Shown: positions 10,270 to 20,392, numbered from the stretch's first letter. The stretch: DNA of 64,000 nt from Trueperaceae bacterium (GCA_965213925.1 OZ243927.1:1088001-1152000), one strand, 5' to 3'. Program-made: numbers and translations. The notes: a model not told the origin generated them from the sequence alone.

Positions 10270-11820
10270 TTGTCAAGTCAACTCACCCCCAAGCCGAAAC
10301 CTGCGCGCCAGAGCGCCTCTCGCGGAGCCTTCATCCTTATGGGCGGCACGCTCGGCAGCCGCGTCACGGGGCTTTTACGCGTCGCGCTCTTCAACCAGCT
10401 CTATACACCCGCCGTCACGGACGCCTTAAACGTCGCCTTGAAAGTCCCCAACCTCTTTCGCGAACTGCTCGCCGAGGGCGCGCTGACGAACTCGTTCGTG
10501 CCGGTCTATAAGGGTTTGGAAGAGGAGGACGCGAAGGGGCTTTCGGGCGCGCTGCTCAGCCTGCTCTTTCTCGTCAACACGCTGCTCGTGCTACTCGCGG
10601 TCTGGGCTGCACCCTGGATCGTCGGGCTGCTCCTCCAAGATAACGCGAACGTAGATTACGCGCTCACGCTCAGGCTCACGCGCACTGTTTTTCCATTTTT
10701 AGCGGCGATCTCTTTCTCCGCGCTAGCGATGGGGATTCTTCAAGCTGAGGAGCGTTTCTTCGCGCCCGCCTGGGCTCCGGTGGCGCTCAACGTGGTCACG
10801 GCGGCGCTGATGCTCCTCTATCCGGGTCAAGCCGTACCGCTCGCGGTGGCGTTCGTCTTAGGCGGCTTGGCGCAACTACTCTTCCAAATCCCGGCACTCG
10901 TCAGACACAACCTCTTGCCCCGAATCGGGCGCTGGTGGCATCCGGCGCTGGGCGGCGTCCTCGTTTTGATGGTTCCTTTCACCTTTACGACAGGGGCGCG
11001 GCAGTTTCTCAACGTGGTCGCGACGAACGTGCTGAGCGGCTTGCCTCGGGGCAGCGTGACGGCGTTCGAGAACGCCAACCTCTTTTTAGGGCTCGCGCTC
11101 GGGCTCTTCAGCATCTCGCCGGCGTTAGCGTATTACTCGAGGCTCGGGGCTAACGCCAGCCAAGCGCCCGAGCAGTTTTCCCGGACGCTCCTAGAGGGCT
11201 TGCGCCTCATCACCTTTTTGACCGTCCCCGCCGGACTCATCCTCTGCTTCCTCGCCGCGCCTGCGGTTCAGAGCGTGCTCAACTGGCCCTCGTTTCGTCC
11301 GGGTGGTGGGATGAACCCGCAAGTCGTGCAGCTCTCCGTCACCGCGCTCGCGCCTCTAGGCTTGGCGGTCTTTCCCATCGGCTTGCGCAACCTCTTGATT
11401 CGCACCTTTTACGTGCGCCGCGAGGTCGTGACGCCCATCGTCATCAGCGTCCTCTTCATCTCGCTCAACGCGCTCCTCTACACGCTGCTCGCGCCGCACT
11501 ACGGCATCGTAGGGCTGAGCTGGTCTACTGTGCTCGTCGAGTGGACGCAACTCGCTGTGCTCACCTTTTACGTGTGGCGGCGCGAGCGGTTCTCTCTCGC
11601 TAACTTCTTAAATCACACGGGTCGGGTCTGGCTCTCGGCGCTCGGGGCGGCGGGGCTCACGCTGCTCGCGTTAGGGCAACTTCCGCCGCCCTCAGACTGG
11701 TCCGACTACCTCTTGCGCGCCGTACTCGGCGTGGGCGTTCTAGGCGGCTTCTACGTCCTTTTCAGCGTCCGCTTAAAGCTGCCGGAGGTCCGGCAGGTCG
11801 TGAAGCGCCTGCGCCGCTAA
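10270..11820 (+). CDS. murJ: Lipid II flippase MurJ (MviN)
   Basis: SRVTGLLR and PNLFRELLAEGAL motifs; multi-pass membrane protein. Confidence 0.92.
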   Translation: MSSQLTPKPKPARQSASRGAFILMGGTLGSRVTGLLRVALFNQLYTPAVTDALNVALKVPNLFRELLAEGALTNSFVPVYKGLEEEDAKGLSGALLSLLFLVNTLLVLLAVWAAPWIVGLLLQDNANVDYALTLRLTRTVFPFLAAISFSALAMGILQAEERFFAPAWAPVALNVVTAALMLLYPGQAVPLAVAFVLGGLAQLLFQIPALVRHNLLPRIGRWWHPALGGVLVLMVPFTFTTGARQFLNVVATNVLSGLPRGSVTAFENANLFLGLALGLFSISPALAYYSRLGANASQAPEQFSRTLLEGLRLITFLTVPAGLILCFLAAPAVQSVLNWPSFRPGGGMNPQVVQLSVTALAPLGLAVFPIGLRNLLIRTFYVRREVVTPIVISVLFISLNALLYTLLAPHYGIVGLSWSTVLVEWTQLAVLTFYVWRRERFSLANFLNHTGRVWLSALGAAGLTLLALGQLPPPSDWSDYLLRAVLGVGVLGGFYVLFSVRLKLPEVRQVVKRLRR

Positions 11821-12236
11821 CCTCTATGCGCCCCTTTTCGTGCCGTAAGCGAGTAGGACAGCGGCGGCTTCGCCCCGAACGACCTATACACCTCCAAGAG
11901 GTCGTGCGGATACTCCTCGAACGAGGTGAGGTTGAGCCCGCTTCGCAAGCAGTTCCCGATGATGTCCGAGAGCTTGTGGTGAAACCAGTAGGAGGTCCCG
12001 GCGACCATCTGCGACGGATCGTAGTAGTCGGGCTCGTCGTGCGCGACGTTGGGCTCGGTGGTGAAGTGCGAGGTGACGACCTCTAAACCCTTCTCGGGAT
12101 TGAACATGTCCAGAACGGGGTGCATCTCATACAGAAAGAGGTCTCCACCGGGCTTGAGCAGCCGAGCGATCACCTTGAAGTACGCCGCCATGTCGGGTAG
12201 CCAGCCGAGCGCGCCGATCGTCACGTAGACGAGGTC
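11817..12236 (-). pseudogene. C-terminal part of a class I SAM-dependent methyltransferase; 5' end missing at the island boundary
   Basis: DLVYVTIGALGWLPD...LLKPGGDLFLYEMHP; no motif I region. Confidence 0.7.
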
Positions 12237-12364
12237 AATTTATCCCATTAAAGCAAATTGCACTCCAAAATAAACGTGGTACTTTGGGGGGTGCTTGTAC
12301 CACGTTTCTACGTTTCGTTACGCATTTCTCTATGAACTCACGCTCATCTACTTGCAGCGCCTGA

Positions 12365-12880
12365 GTGTCACTATGCCCCTCCTCCAGCGTGTCACCCGTG
12401 GACTTCCTCTGCATCCACCCTTTCTCGAACAGAAACGGGCGCACCGCCCGCTTGCTCAGCTTGCTCCTGCTCTACCACCACGGCTTCGAGGTGGAGCGCT
12501 ATATCAGCTTGGAACGGGTGATCGAGGAGAGCCGCGAGACCTACTACGAGGCACTTGAGACGAGTAGCCGAGGCTGGCACGAAGGGGCGCACGACGCGAT
12601 GCCCTGGATCGACTACTTCCTTGGGATACTCATGGCAGCGTATAGCGAGTTCGAGGAGCGGGTGCAGACTATTCGAGGCTCGCACGGCACAAAAACGGAC
12701 ATGATCCGCATAGCGGTGTCGCGTCACCGGACGCCCTTTAAGATCAGCGATATCGAGCGGGAGTTGCCGAACGTGAGCCGGGAGTTGATCCGCAAGGTGC
12801 TTAGTGACTTGCGCGAGGAGAGTGTGCTGCGGCTGGAGGAGACGGGGCGGGGGTCTAGGTATGTGCCGCTAAGTAAATAG
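12365..12880 (+). pseudogene. N-terminally truncated Fic protein with C-terminal wHTH
   Basis: DFLCIHPFSNRNGRTARLL (degenerate HPFxDGNGR), YISLERVIEESRETYYEAL. Confidence 0.75.
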
Positions 12881-13049
12881 CACTTCCAAAATATACTGAG
12901 ACAAAGTGCCGCAGGTCTCATCAACTAAAGTGCCTGCTAGACATTGTTCTTCACAGTGCGAGCGTCTCTGACCAGATGATACCTGCTGTAAGTATGAAAA
13001 ATCACAGGTGGTAAACCGCGCGAGCAGGGTTAAAGTAGAGGACACAGAC

Positions 13050-15692
13050 ATGCCGCGAATCTTCGACAACATCAATCTTCACCTTTTAGATTCCCTACGT
13101 GACTCTATGCAGGTTGCACACCGAGCCGACTTCTGTGTCGGCTATTTCAACCTGCGCGGCTGGCGCTATTTGGACTGTTATGTTGAGCCCTGGTCTGGAA
13201 CCGAAGGCAACCGTTGCCGCGTCCTAGTGGGTATGCAACGTGCGCCCGAAGAGACCCTCACTCAGCTCTTTAGCCTGTCAGGGAATGGCGCTGGCATCGA
13301 CCGAGGACAGGCGGTGAGGCTCAAGAAGCAACTTGCTGAAAGTTTTCGCCATCAGCTCACCCTAGGCACGCCGACAGCTCAGGATGAGGCAGGCTTACGG
13401 CAGCTCGCAAACCAGCTCAGGCAGGGCAAGCTCGTCGTCAAGCTCTACTTGCGTAGTCCCCTGCACGCTAAGCTGTACCTTACTCACCGTCACGACGCCG
13501 CCAATCCTCGTACAGGTTACGTCGGCAGCAGCAATCTGACCTTCTCAGGTGTCAGAGGAAACGGCGAACTGAACGTTGACGTGCTCGACCACGACGCCTC
13601 ACAAAAGCTCGCCGACTGGTTCGAGGACCGCTGGCACGACCCTTTCTGCGTTGACATTTCCGAGGAGCTTATTAGCGTCGTCGAAGAGAGCTGGGCGCGT
13701 GAAGCGCTGGTCTCGCCCTATCACATCTACATCAAGATGGCGTATCACTTGGCGCTCGAGGCCAGAGAGGGCTTGCGCACCTTCGATGTTCCGGGCGAGC
13801 TAGATGAGATACTCTTTCCGTACCAAAGTGCCGCCGTCAAAATCGCCGCTCATCACCTCATGAAGCGTGGCGGTGTACTCATCGGTGATGTCGTCGGTCT
13901 CGGCAAAACGCTCATGGCGACAGCGCTTGCCCGCCTCATGGAGGAGCTAGAGGGAACGAGTACGCTGATTATCTGCCCTAAAAACTTAGAAAAGATGTGG
14001 CAGTCTTATGTAGACACCTATGGGCTCAGGGCGCGTGTCATGCCTATAAGCGTCGTTCAGAAGGAGCTAGGCGATGTGCCCGCCCGTTTCCGCCGCGTGC
14101 TCATCGACGAGAGCCTCAACCTTCGCAACCGCGACAGTAAGCGTTACGCGGCTATTCACGAGTACATCAGGCAGAGCGGCAGCAAAGTTATCTTGCTCTC
14201 GGCGACGCCCTATAACAAGAGCTTCACCGACCTCTCGAGCCAACTCTCTCTATTTATAGATGAGGGCACCGACTTAGGTATCCGCCCTGAAGCTTACGTG
14301 CGCGAGCTTGGCGGCGAGGTGAAGTTCAATGCGGAGCACAGCCAAACACCTATTTACTCACTTGCAGCCTTTGAGCGCAGTCTGCATCCTGACGACTGGC
14401 GTGAGCTGATGCGCCTTTTTCTGATACGGCGCACACGCTCGTTTATCAAAGACAATTACGCGAAGACCGACCCGAAGTCGGGGCGTAAATATCTCCTTTT
14501 CGGCAACGCGGAACCAAATGAGTCATATTCCCCCCTCTATGAAGGAAAGATGATTCACCAGTTCACCAATTCGTTTAGCGAGCCACGCTATTGGTTGAAT
14601 TTGCAAGGAGGGCGCAAAGCGCTATTACGTAGCACGGCTGATGACCAGCAAGAGCTACCCTATCAAAGATATAGGCTTGGTTACCGAACGATTGCATCGA
14701 GCACAAACGAGCGAACGATGATAGCTACGGTCTTACCACCAAACATTATCACTGGTAATTCAATCAATGTTTCTTCAAATTCACTAGGACCTGAAGAGCT
14801 ACTTTATCTGGTTTCGATATTGAATAGCTTTGTGGTTGATGCCTCACTCCGAAAAAGAGTGTCGGCGAATGTAAACATGTTATACGTCTATCAGCTACCC
14901 GTCCCACGGCTTGCTAAAGATGACCCAAACCTCACTCAAATTGTTGAACGCGCTGCTAAACTCATCTGCACTACTCCCGAATTCGACGATCTCGCTATAG
15001 ACGTAGGATTAGAAGGTCACCAGAATGGGGTAACAGATGAAGCTGAAAGGACGCAGCTACGCGCCGAACTTGATGCTCTTGTCGCGCATCTCTATGGGCT
15101 GAATGAAGAAGAATTCTCCTACATCCTGAGTACGTTTCCGCGTCTCGAAACTTACGTACGTAACGCAGCGATTTGCGAGTACCGTCTGCGTATCGAAGAC
15201 CCGGATGCTGTACAGACCGAGCGGCTCATCCAGCAGGGCGAGGGGAAGAGGCTCGAGTTCAAAGAGGCGGCAGTGTGGAACGCCTACCAGCAGCGTAAGG
15301 ATGGTGAAATGTATCAGCCTGTCCTGAAAGCCGTCGCCAGCTTCATGAACGGTGAGGGCGGTACGCTTATCATAGGTGTAGAGGATAGAAAAGGTAGCGT
15401 CGTCGGTTTAGCTGAAGACTTCAAACATGCCGACCCTAACAAACCTAATAGGGATGGCTATTGTCTATGGCTCTCTAACAGGCTCGATAGGTTGGGAGAG
15501 CAGCACAGCACAAATTACGACATCCATTTTCACACCATTCAAAACAAAGAGGTGTGCCGCATCACTGTTAGACGTGCTTCTGAGCCCGTCTGGTATGGCG
15601 ATGATCTTTATGTCCGCAGTGCGGCGGGTAAGAAAAAGCTCAGTACGCAGGCTGCGCACGCATACATCAAGCAGCGCTGGAACGGGCAATAG
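13050..15692 (+). CDS. Chimeric defence-type protein: PLD nuclease-like domain + SNF2 helicase N-lobe fused to a methylase C-terminal/TRD region + AlbA_2 (Schlafen-like) domain
   Basis: LHAKLY...VGSSN; DVVGLGKT, IDESLN, LSATP; then PLYEGKMIHQF...YRTIASSTNERT...RAELDALVAHLYGL; then GEGKRLEFK...FMNGEGGTLIIGV. Confidence 0.75.
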   Translation: MPRIFDNINLHLLDSLRDSMQVAHRADFCVGYFNLRGWRYLDCYVEPWSGTEGNRCRVLVGMQRAPEETLTQLFSLSGNGAGIDRGQAVRLKKQLAESFRHQLTLGTPTAQDEAGLRQLANQLRQGKLVVKLYLRSPLHAKLYLTHRHDAANPRTGYVGSSNLTFSGVRGNGELNVDVLDHDASQKLADWFEDRWHDPFCVDISEELISVVEESWAREALVSPYHIYIKMAYHLALEAREGLRTFDVPGELDEILFPYQSAAVKIAAHHLMKRGGVLIGDVVGLGKTLMATALARLMEELEGTSTLIICPKNLEKMWQSYVDTYGLRARVMPISVVQKELGDVPARFRRVLIDESLNLRNRDSKRYAAIHEYIRQSGSKVILLSATPYNKSFTDLSSQLSLFIDEGTDLGIRPEAYVRELGGEVKFNAEHSQTPIYSLAAFERSLHPDDWRELMRLFLIRRTRSFIKDNYAKTDPKSGRKYLLFGNAEPNESYSPLYEGKMIHQFTNSFSEPRYWLNLQGGRKALLRSTADDQQELPYQRYRLGYRTIASSTNERTMIATVLPPNIITGNSINVSSNSLGPEELLYLVSILNSFVVDASLRKRVSANVNMLYVYQLPVPRLAKDDPNLTQIVERAAKLICTTPEFDDLAIDVGLEGHQNGVTDEAERTQLRAELDALVAHLYGLNEEEFSYILSTFPRLETYVRNAAICEYRLRIEDPDAVQTERLIQQGEGKRLEFKEAAVWNAYQQRKDGEMYQPVLKAVASFMNGEGGTLIIGVEDRKGSVVGLAEDFKHADPNKPNRDGYCLWLSNRLDRLGEQHSTNYDIHFHTIQNKEVCRITVRRASEPVWYGDDLYVRSAAGKKKLSTQAAHAYIKQRWNGQ

Positions 15693-15908
15693 CTACAGCG
15701 ATTTTTGAGAGCGAGACGGGCGCGGGAGAAGATACAGAGCGGCGTCGAGCAGTGGCAGTAAACCTAGAAGACATGCTCGGCGACAATGAAGAAGATTCTG
15801 AAGAGGACAAGGGCTTGTAGCTGTAGTTAAGCTGTAATCCAATATTCAGGGCGACCATTCCATTCGGGGTAGCCGCCCTTTTTACGTATGTCACGCGCTT
15901 TTTCGGGA

Positions 15909-15982
15909 TGGGCCCTGGGGGACTTGAACCCACGACCAATCGATTATGAGTCGACTGCTCTAACCAACTGAGCTAAGGGCCC
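15909..15982 (-). tRNA. tRNA with CAT anticodon, probably tRNA-Ile2
   Basis: GGGCCCTTAGCTCAGTTGGTTAGAGCAGTCGACTCATAATCGATTGGTCGTGGGTTCAAGTCCCCCAGGGCCCA cloverleaf. Confidence 0.92.
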
Positions 15983-16058
15983 ACAATGCGTCTCTGACGC
16001 TGTTTCTTGCGGCTAGGTCACGCTGCACATTTCTCCAGTCGCACACTTCTTGCACGTC

Positions 16059-16274
16059 CTAGAGTCCTGTCGAACACCTCTTACGTGTCGCCTGCGGCCG
16101 CCACACCGTGTTCGGCGAAGTGAATGTATCTAAGGTCATCTTCGTGCTCGCGCGTCCCAACCGCTCGAATACAAATTTAACATTTGTACCCTCGCTAAGC
16201 AACAGCGTAGCATAGCTGTGATGTGGATTTTGCATCGGCATGTAAAAACTAGTGTTCTTACGCTTACTGAGCAT
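16059..16274 (-). pseudogene. C-terminal remnant of a tyrosine recombinase/integrase
   Basis: HSYATLLLSEGTNVKFVFERLGRASTKMTLDTF resembles box II (RH..AT..L..G......V..RLGH.....T...Y) with catalytic residues changed. Confidence 0.7.
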
Positions 16275-16506
16275 AGTGCCGTCCCAAAAACCGCTCCTTT
16301 TTAAGCTGCGTTTGAGTACGCTGTTGCGCGCCCCGAATTAGGATAAATCATCCTCGCTGACAACAAGGACACACTTTAATTCATACTCATCCCTCGCAGC
16401 ATCTTGTTCACTTGGTCAGACTGATGTTCACGCTCAATGCTGCCGCCCTTCTCTGTATTCCTCTTCTTTGTGCCCCACCACAGGGAGCAGCAGAAAGCGT
16501 CCGAGT

Positions 16507-16686
16507 ACCATGAGATATGTACTCGAACCTGCAAAGCTTCATCGCCGAACTGGAAAAGCGTGGCGAGCTTATCCGCATCAAAGAAAGTGTCTCGCACCAT
16601 GAGATATGTACTCGAACCTGCAAAGCTTCATCGCCGAACTGGAAAAGCGTGGCGAGCTTATCCGCATCAAAGAAAGTGTCTCGCAC
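16507..16686 (+). repeat. Exact 89-bp tandem duplication of the 5' end of the UbiD-family gene
   Basis: The unit starting ACCATGAGATATGTACTCG begins at 16507 and again at 16596. Confidence 0.95.
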
Positions 16687-18480
16687 GAACTAGAAATCAC
16701 CGAAATCGCAGACCGCATGGTCAAACAGGGCGGTCCTGCGCTCCTATTTGAGAACGTCGAAGGCAAAAGCTTTCCGCTCGTTATCGGGCTTTACGGCACG
16801 CGAGAGCGCATGGCGCTCGCGCTCGGCGCAGAGAGCCTAGACGCGATTGGCGAGCGCATCCGCAACCTCACCGAGGTCAAGCTGGGCGGCGGATTTTTAG
16901 GTCTCGCCTCGAACCTGCCGAAGCTCAAAGAACTCGCCTCACTGCCGCCTAAGCGTGTGCGCTCGGGTCCGGTGCAAGAGGTGGTATGGCGCGGCGATGA
17001 GGTGGACTTGCACAAACTTCCCGTGCTGAAATGTTGGCCCCAAGACGGCGGTCCCTTCGTCACGCTGCCTTTGGTCACCTCTAAAGACCCCGAAACAGGC
17101 GACGTCAATATCGGCATGTACCGGATGCAGGTCTTTGACCACAACACGACGGGGATGCACTGGCAGCGGCACAAGACGGGGGCAAGGCACCTAGAGAAAG
17201 CGAAGAGGTTGGGCACAAGGCTCGAGGTTGCCGTCGCTTTAGGTGGAGACCCCGCGCTCACATACGCGGCGACCGCGCCTATTCCACCGATTCCCGGCAT
17301 CAATGAGTTCTCGCTCACCGGTTTTTTGAGGGGAAAATCTATCGAACTTTGCAAGGGCGTCACGGTAGATTTGGACGTTCCGGCGCAAGCGGAGTTTGTT
17401 TTGGAGGGTTACATCGACCCGAACGAACCCTGGCGCGCCGAGGGACCCTTCGGCGACCACACGGGCTTTTACACCCTCCAAGACCTCTACCCCGCCTTTC
17501 ACGTCACTGCGATTACGATGCGCAAGAACCCGGTCTATCCCGCGACCATCGTGGGGCGTCCGCCGATGGAGGACGCCTACCTCATCGAAGCGTCTGAACG
17601 CATCTTTCTCGTTCCGGCGCAGCTCATCTTACCCGAGCTGCGCGACTACCACATGCCGCCCGCGGGCATCGCGCACAACTTGGTCAATATCGCCATCGAC
17701 AAGGAATACCCCGGTCAGGCGTACAAGGTCGCTAATGGACTTTTAGGGCTCGGGCAGATGATGTTTGCAAAGGTCTTGCTCGTCACGGATGAAGAGGTAG
17801 AGCCGCAGCGTCACCTAGCGTTCTGGCGCACTGTGCTCAAAAACGCCGTGCCGGGACGCGACTCGCAGTTTGCGAAGGGTCCGACCGACGTGCTGGACCA
17901 CTCGAGCCGCGCCTGGAGCTACGGCAGTAAGCTTATCGTGGACGGAACCGTAAAGCATGACGAAGAGGGGGAGAATGCAGCCTGGCAGCCTAACCCGACA
18001 CGCTTAGAGAAGGATTTACCGAAACACCCCGAGGTTGCGCGCCAGCATCAGTTGGCGGGCGGCTTCTGGTTCATCACGGCGCAGAAGAGGCGGGCGGGGC
18101 AGGGTCAGCGCTTGGGCGAGTGGGCGGCGCAGCAACCGCACGCGGAAGGCGTAAGGCTCATCGCAGTGTTGGACGAAGAGACGAACCCGCAGGACTTCGA
18201 GGACTGTATCTGGACGCTCTTAAATAACATCGACCCCGAGCGCGACGTGCAGATTTTAGAGGGGCCGAGCGGTCCGATGTTTGTGATGGACGGCACGCCT
18301 AAACTCCTTGAAGAGGGCTTCTCCCGCGACTGGCCCGATAAAATTACGATGACGAAAGCCGTTCAGCGCAAAGTGGATGAGATGTTGCCGCGCTTGGGTT
18401 TGGCTGGGACCATAAGTAGAGAAGAAGCTGTGTATCCAACGAAAGGAAAACTTTCTGAGCCTGTAACCGAACGGTCGTAG
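16606..18480 (+). CDS. UbiD-family menaquinone biosynthesis decarboxylase (futalosine pathway, MqnL-like)
   Basis: NIGMYRMQ, EGPFGDHTGFY, GLGQMMFAK motifs; mqnB in the same window. Confidence 0.9.
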   Translation: MYSNLQSFIAELEKRGELIRIKESVSHELEITEIADRMVKQGGPALLFENVEGKSFPLVIGLYGTRERMALALGAESLDAIGERIRNLTEVKLGGGFLGLASNLPKLKELASLPPKRVRSGPVQEVVWRGDEVDLHKLPVLKCWPQDGGPFVTLPLVTSKDPETGDVNIGMYRMQVFDHNTTGMHWQRHKTGARHLEKAKRLGTRLEVAVALGGDPALTYAATAPIPPIPGINEFSLTGFLRGKSIELCKGVTVDLDVPAQAEFVLEGYIDPNEPWRAEGPFGDHTGFYTLQDLYPAFHVTAITMRKNPVYPATIVGRPPMEDAYLIEASERIFLVPAQLILPELRDYHMPPAGIAHNLVNIAIDKEYPGQAYKVANGLLGLGQMMFAKVLLVTDEEVEPQRHLAFWRTVLKNAVPGRDSQFAKGPTDVLDHSSRAWSYGSKLIVDGTVKHDEEGENAAWQPNPTRLEKDLPKHPEVARQHQLAGGFWFITAQKRRAGQGQRLGEWAAQQPHAEGVRLIAVLDEETNPQDFEDCIWTLLNNIDPERDVQILEGPSGPMFVMDGTPKLLEEGFSRDWPDKITMTKAVQRKVDEMLPRLGLAGTISREEAVYPTKGKLSEPVTERS

Positions 18481-18513
18481 CCTTTCGCCCACTGTTCGAA
18501 GAGGTCTAAGCGT

Positions 18514-18897
18514 TCAGGCACTCGTGATGTCGGTCTGTGTGAAGTCATCACCGACATAGAGGAGCGGCTTGCGGGCGACTTTAGCGGTGGCGTAGCTGAG
18601 GCAATCGCCAAAGTTGAGTTTCGCAGAGTGATGCCCCTTGCCGAAGCGGAGAAAGGCGCTCGTAGCTTCGCGCCAGTGTTGATCGCCGAAGGGAATAACG
18701 TAGACGGCGTGAAGCTGCAAAAATTCGCCTAGAAGTTCTTCGGCGTTGCTTAGCCTCGAGCCCAAGACAAGGCTCGCTTCAACTAACGTAGGCGCACCGA
18801 CGCTGATCGCGTCAGCCTCACGCAGCTTGCGTAAGAGCGACTCGTAACCTGGTTCTTGTTGAATGGTTGCGACGATCATAGAGGTGTCTAAGACCAC
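18514..18897 (-). CDS. vapC: PIN-domain toxin
   Basis: MVLDTS...LNFGDCLSYA...LLYVGDDF. Confidence 0.92.
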   Translation of the reverse strand: MVLDTSMIVATIQQEPGYESLLRKLREADAISVGAPTLVEASLVLGSRLSNAEELLGEFLQLHAVYVIPFGDQHWREATSAFLRFGKGHHSAKLNFGDCLSYATAKVARKPLLYVGDDFTQTDITSA

Positions 18898-19170
18898 CTA
18901 GAAGCCTTCGGAACCGTAGCCCAAAATCTCGTCTTGTTCCTCTTGAGAAATCCTTCTGCCACGTTTCTCCGCCGGAATTTTAGACCAGATGCGTTCCTCC
19001 ATGAGCGCGGTCAGCTCTTCGTCGGTTAGCTTGCGCTTGCCCGTTAGCTCGAGCCTACTTTTACGCTCCTCCAACGCCCTGCGAATCGCCTGCGTTTTGC
19101 TTTCCCCCGTAAGTTCACTCACCTCAGCGGCGAGCCTCTCAACCTCTTGGTTTTTAATGTTGAGCGCCAT
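18898..19170 (-). CDS. vapB: VapB-type antitoxin
   Basis: MALNIKNQEVERLAAEV...GESKTQAIRRAL; directly upstream of vapC. Confidence 0.88.
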   Translation of the reverse strand: MALNIKNQEVERLAAEVSELTGESKTQAIRRALEERKSRLELTGKRKLTDEELTALMEERIWSKIPAEKRGRRISQEEQDEILGYGSEGF

Positions 19171-19343
19171 AAACTGAGTATGAGGCAAGAGGTGTAAAAA
19201 GTCAAAAAGGGTGTATTCACCATGTTTACGTGTAATGTCTGCGTGTACGGTGAGCCGTCTCCTTCATCTCTTTAATGAAGCGAAACCGCGTCAGGCAAAG
19301 GGTTCTCTCATGAGGTCCCGTTAGGCTCAGCTTAACGCGCCTA

Positions 19344-19489
19344 TACGAATTCCGATTGATTCTTTATCAATCTGAGCGTAGCGAATAGGAACAAATATCT
19401 ACGCAGTTTTCCCGTAGAGAAACGGATGCAGTGTATGGACGTTTCCCCGAGGCTTTTTCTCGGTGATAGGGAATTAAACGTAATCCGTA
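19344..19489. mobile_element. MITE-like element, same family; close relative of 49059-49181
   Basis: TACGAATTCCGATTGATTCTTTATCAATC...CTCGGTGATAGGGAATTAAACGTAATCCGTA; CTA/TTA flanks. Confidence 0.75.
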
Positions 19490-19514
19490 TTACGCCAACT
19501 TGAGGAGGTTGTCA

Positions 19515-19988
19515 GTGAAACTGATTTGTACACTATGCGCCGCGCTCCTTCTGAGCACCCCCGCGCTCGCCCAAGAGCTTTACGTGGGCATCGGCGGAGC
19601 GCCGCCCACAAACGCCGACGACGAAACCATCGGGCTTAGCGCGCAGCTAGGCGTGGGGCTTTTAGGCGGCTTGAGCGTGCGAGCGGCGGCCGAGACGAGC
19701 GCGGACCTCTCGAGCTTTAGACTCGCGAGCGGCGACGTGCTCTTTAATATCGGCTTGCCGCTCACGCAGAGCAAAGCCTATTTCGGCGCGGGCGCGGACG
19801 TCTTTTTTGAGGAGCAGCCGGACGCCATCTCAGACGTGCAAAACGGTCCTTTCGGGGCGCACGTCCTCGGCGGCGGCGAGCTTCGCTTGGGGCGCTTCGG
19901 CGTGTTCGGCGAAGTGCAACCGGGTCTACTTTTCGAGGGTTTCGACACCTATATCAGGGCGAGGGCCGGTGTAAACCTGCACTTTTGA
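19515..19988 (+). CDS. Small outer-membrane beta-barrel protein
   Basis: GAGGAGG then GTG; signal peptide; amphipathic strands; C-terminal Phe. Confidence 0.75.
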   Translation: MKLICTLCAALLLSTPALAQELYVGIGGAPPTNADDETIGLSAQLGVGLLGGLSVRAAAETSADLSSFRLASGDVLFNIGLPLTQSKAYFGAGADVFFEEQPDAISDVQNGPFGAHVLGGGELRLGRFGVFGEVQPGLLFEGFDTYIRARAGVNLHF

Positions 19989-20154
19989 GGCTTTGAGGGG
20001 CTCACCACACGAACTCGGATTCCCCCTAAAACGCTACGTCCTTAGTTTAGGCGAAGGAACCTCGAGCCAGAGCTTAGCGGAAACAGAATAAAGCTGACTA
20101 AGAGGTGCCGATGTGTATCGGCACCTCTTAGTCATGAGGCGGGTGAAGTAACGG

Positions 20155-20236
20155 CACCGTTTCCGATTGATACGGATTCCAATGAGCACGGAAGAAACTC
20201 CAAAGGAGTTTGTGGAGTAATCAATCGGAATCCGTA
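20155..20236. mobile_element. Short or degenerate copy of the TACGGATTCC MITE family
   Basis: TTCCGATTGA-TACGGATTCC...TCAATCGGAATCCGTA. Confidence 0.6.
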
Positions 20237-20291
20237 TAACCCGCTTGGCTTGCCTGCTTTGTCTGACGTTCGCGCCCTGTCGCAACGTATT

Positions 20292-20334
20292 CGAGCCCTC
20301 CTGAGTCGTCTGCCAGACGACTCAGGAGGGCTCG
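20292..20334. terminator. Long perfect hairpin, probable terminator between convergent genes
   Basis: CGAGCCCTCCTGAGTCGTCTG-C-CAGACGACTCAGGAGGGCTCG then TTTT. Confidence 0.7.
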
Positions 20335-20392
20335 TTTTGTCAGCTCAGTGGATGAGATGACTTAATGTTTTTTGCTGCTCACTGAGAGCGGC

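Noticed and set aside
9824..10429. 201-aa ORF upstream of murJ
   Set aside because: Runs through two MITE copies and overlaps murJ out of frame; no recognisable motif
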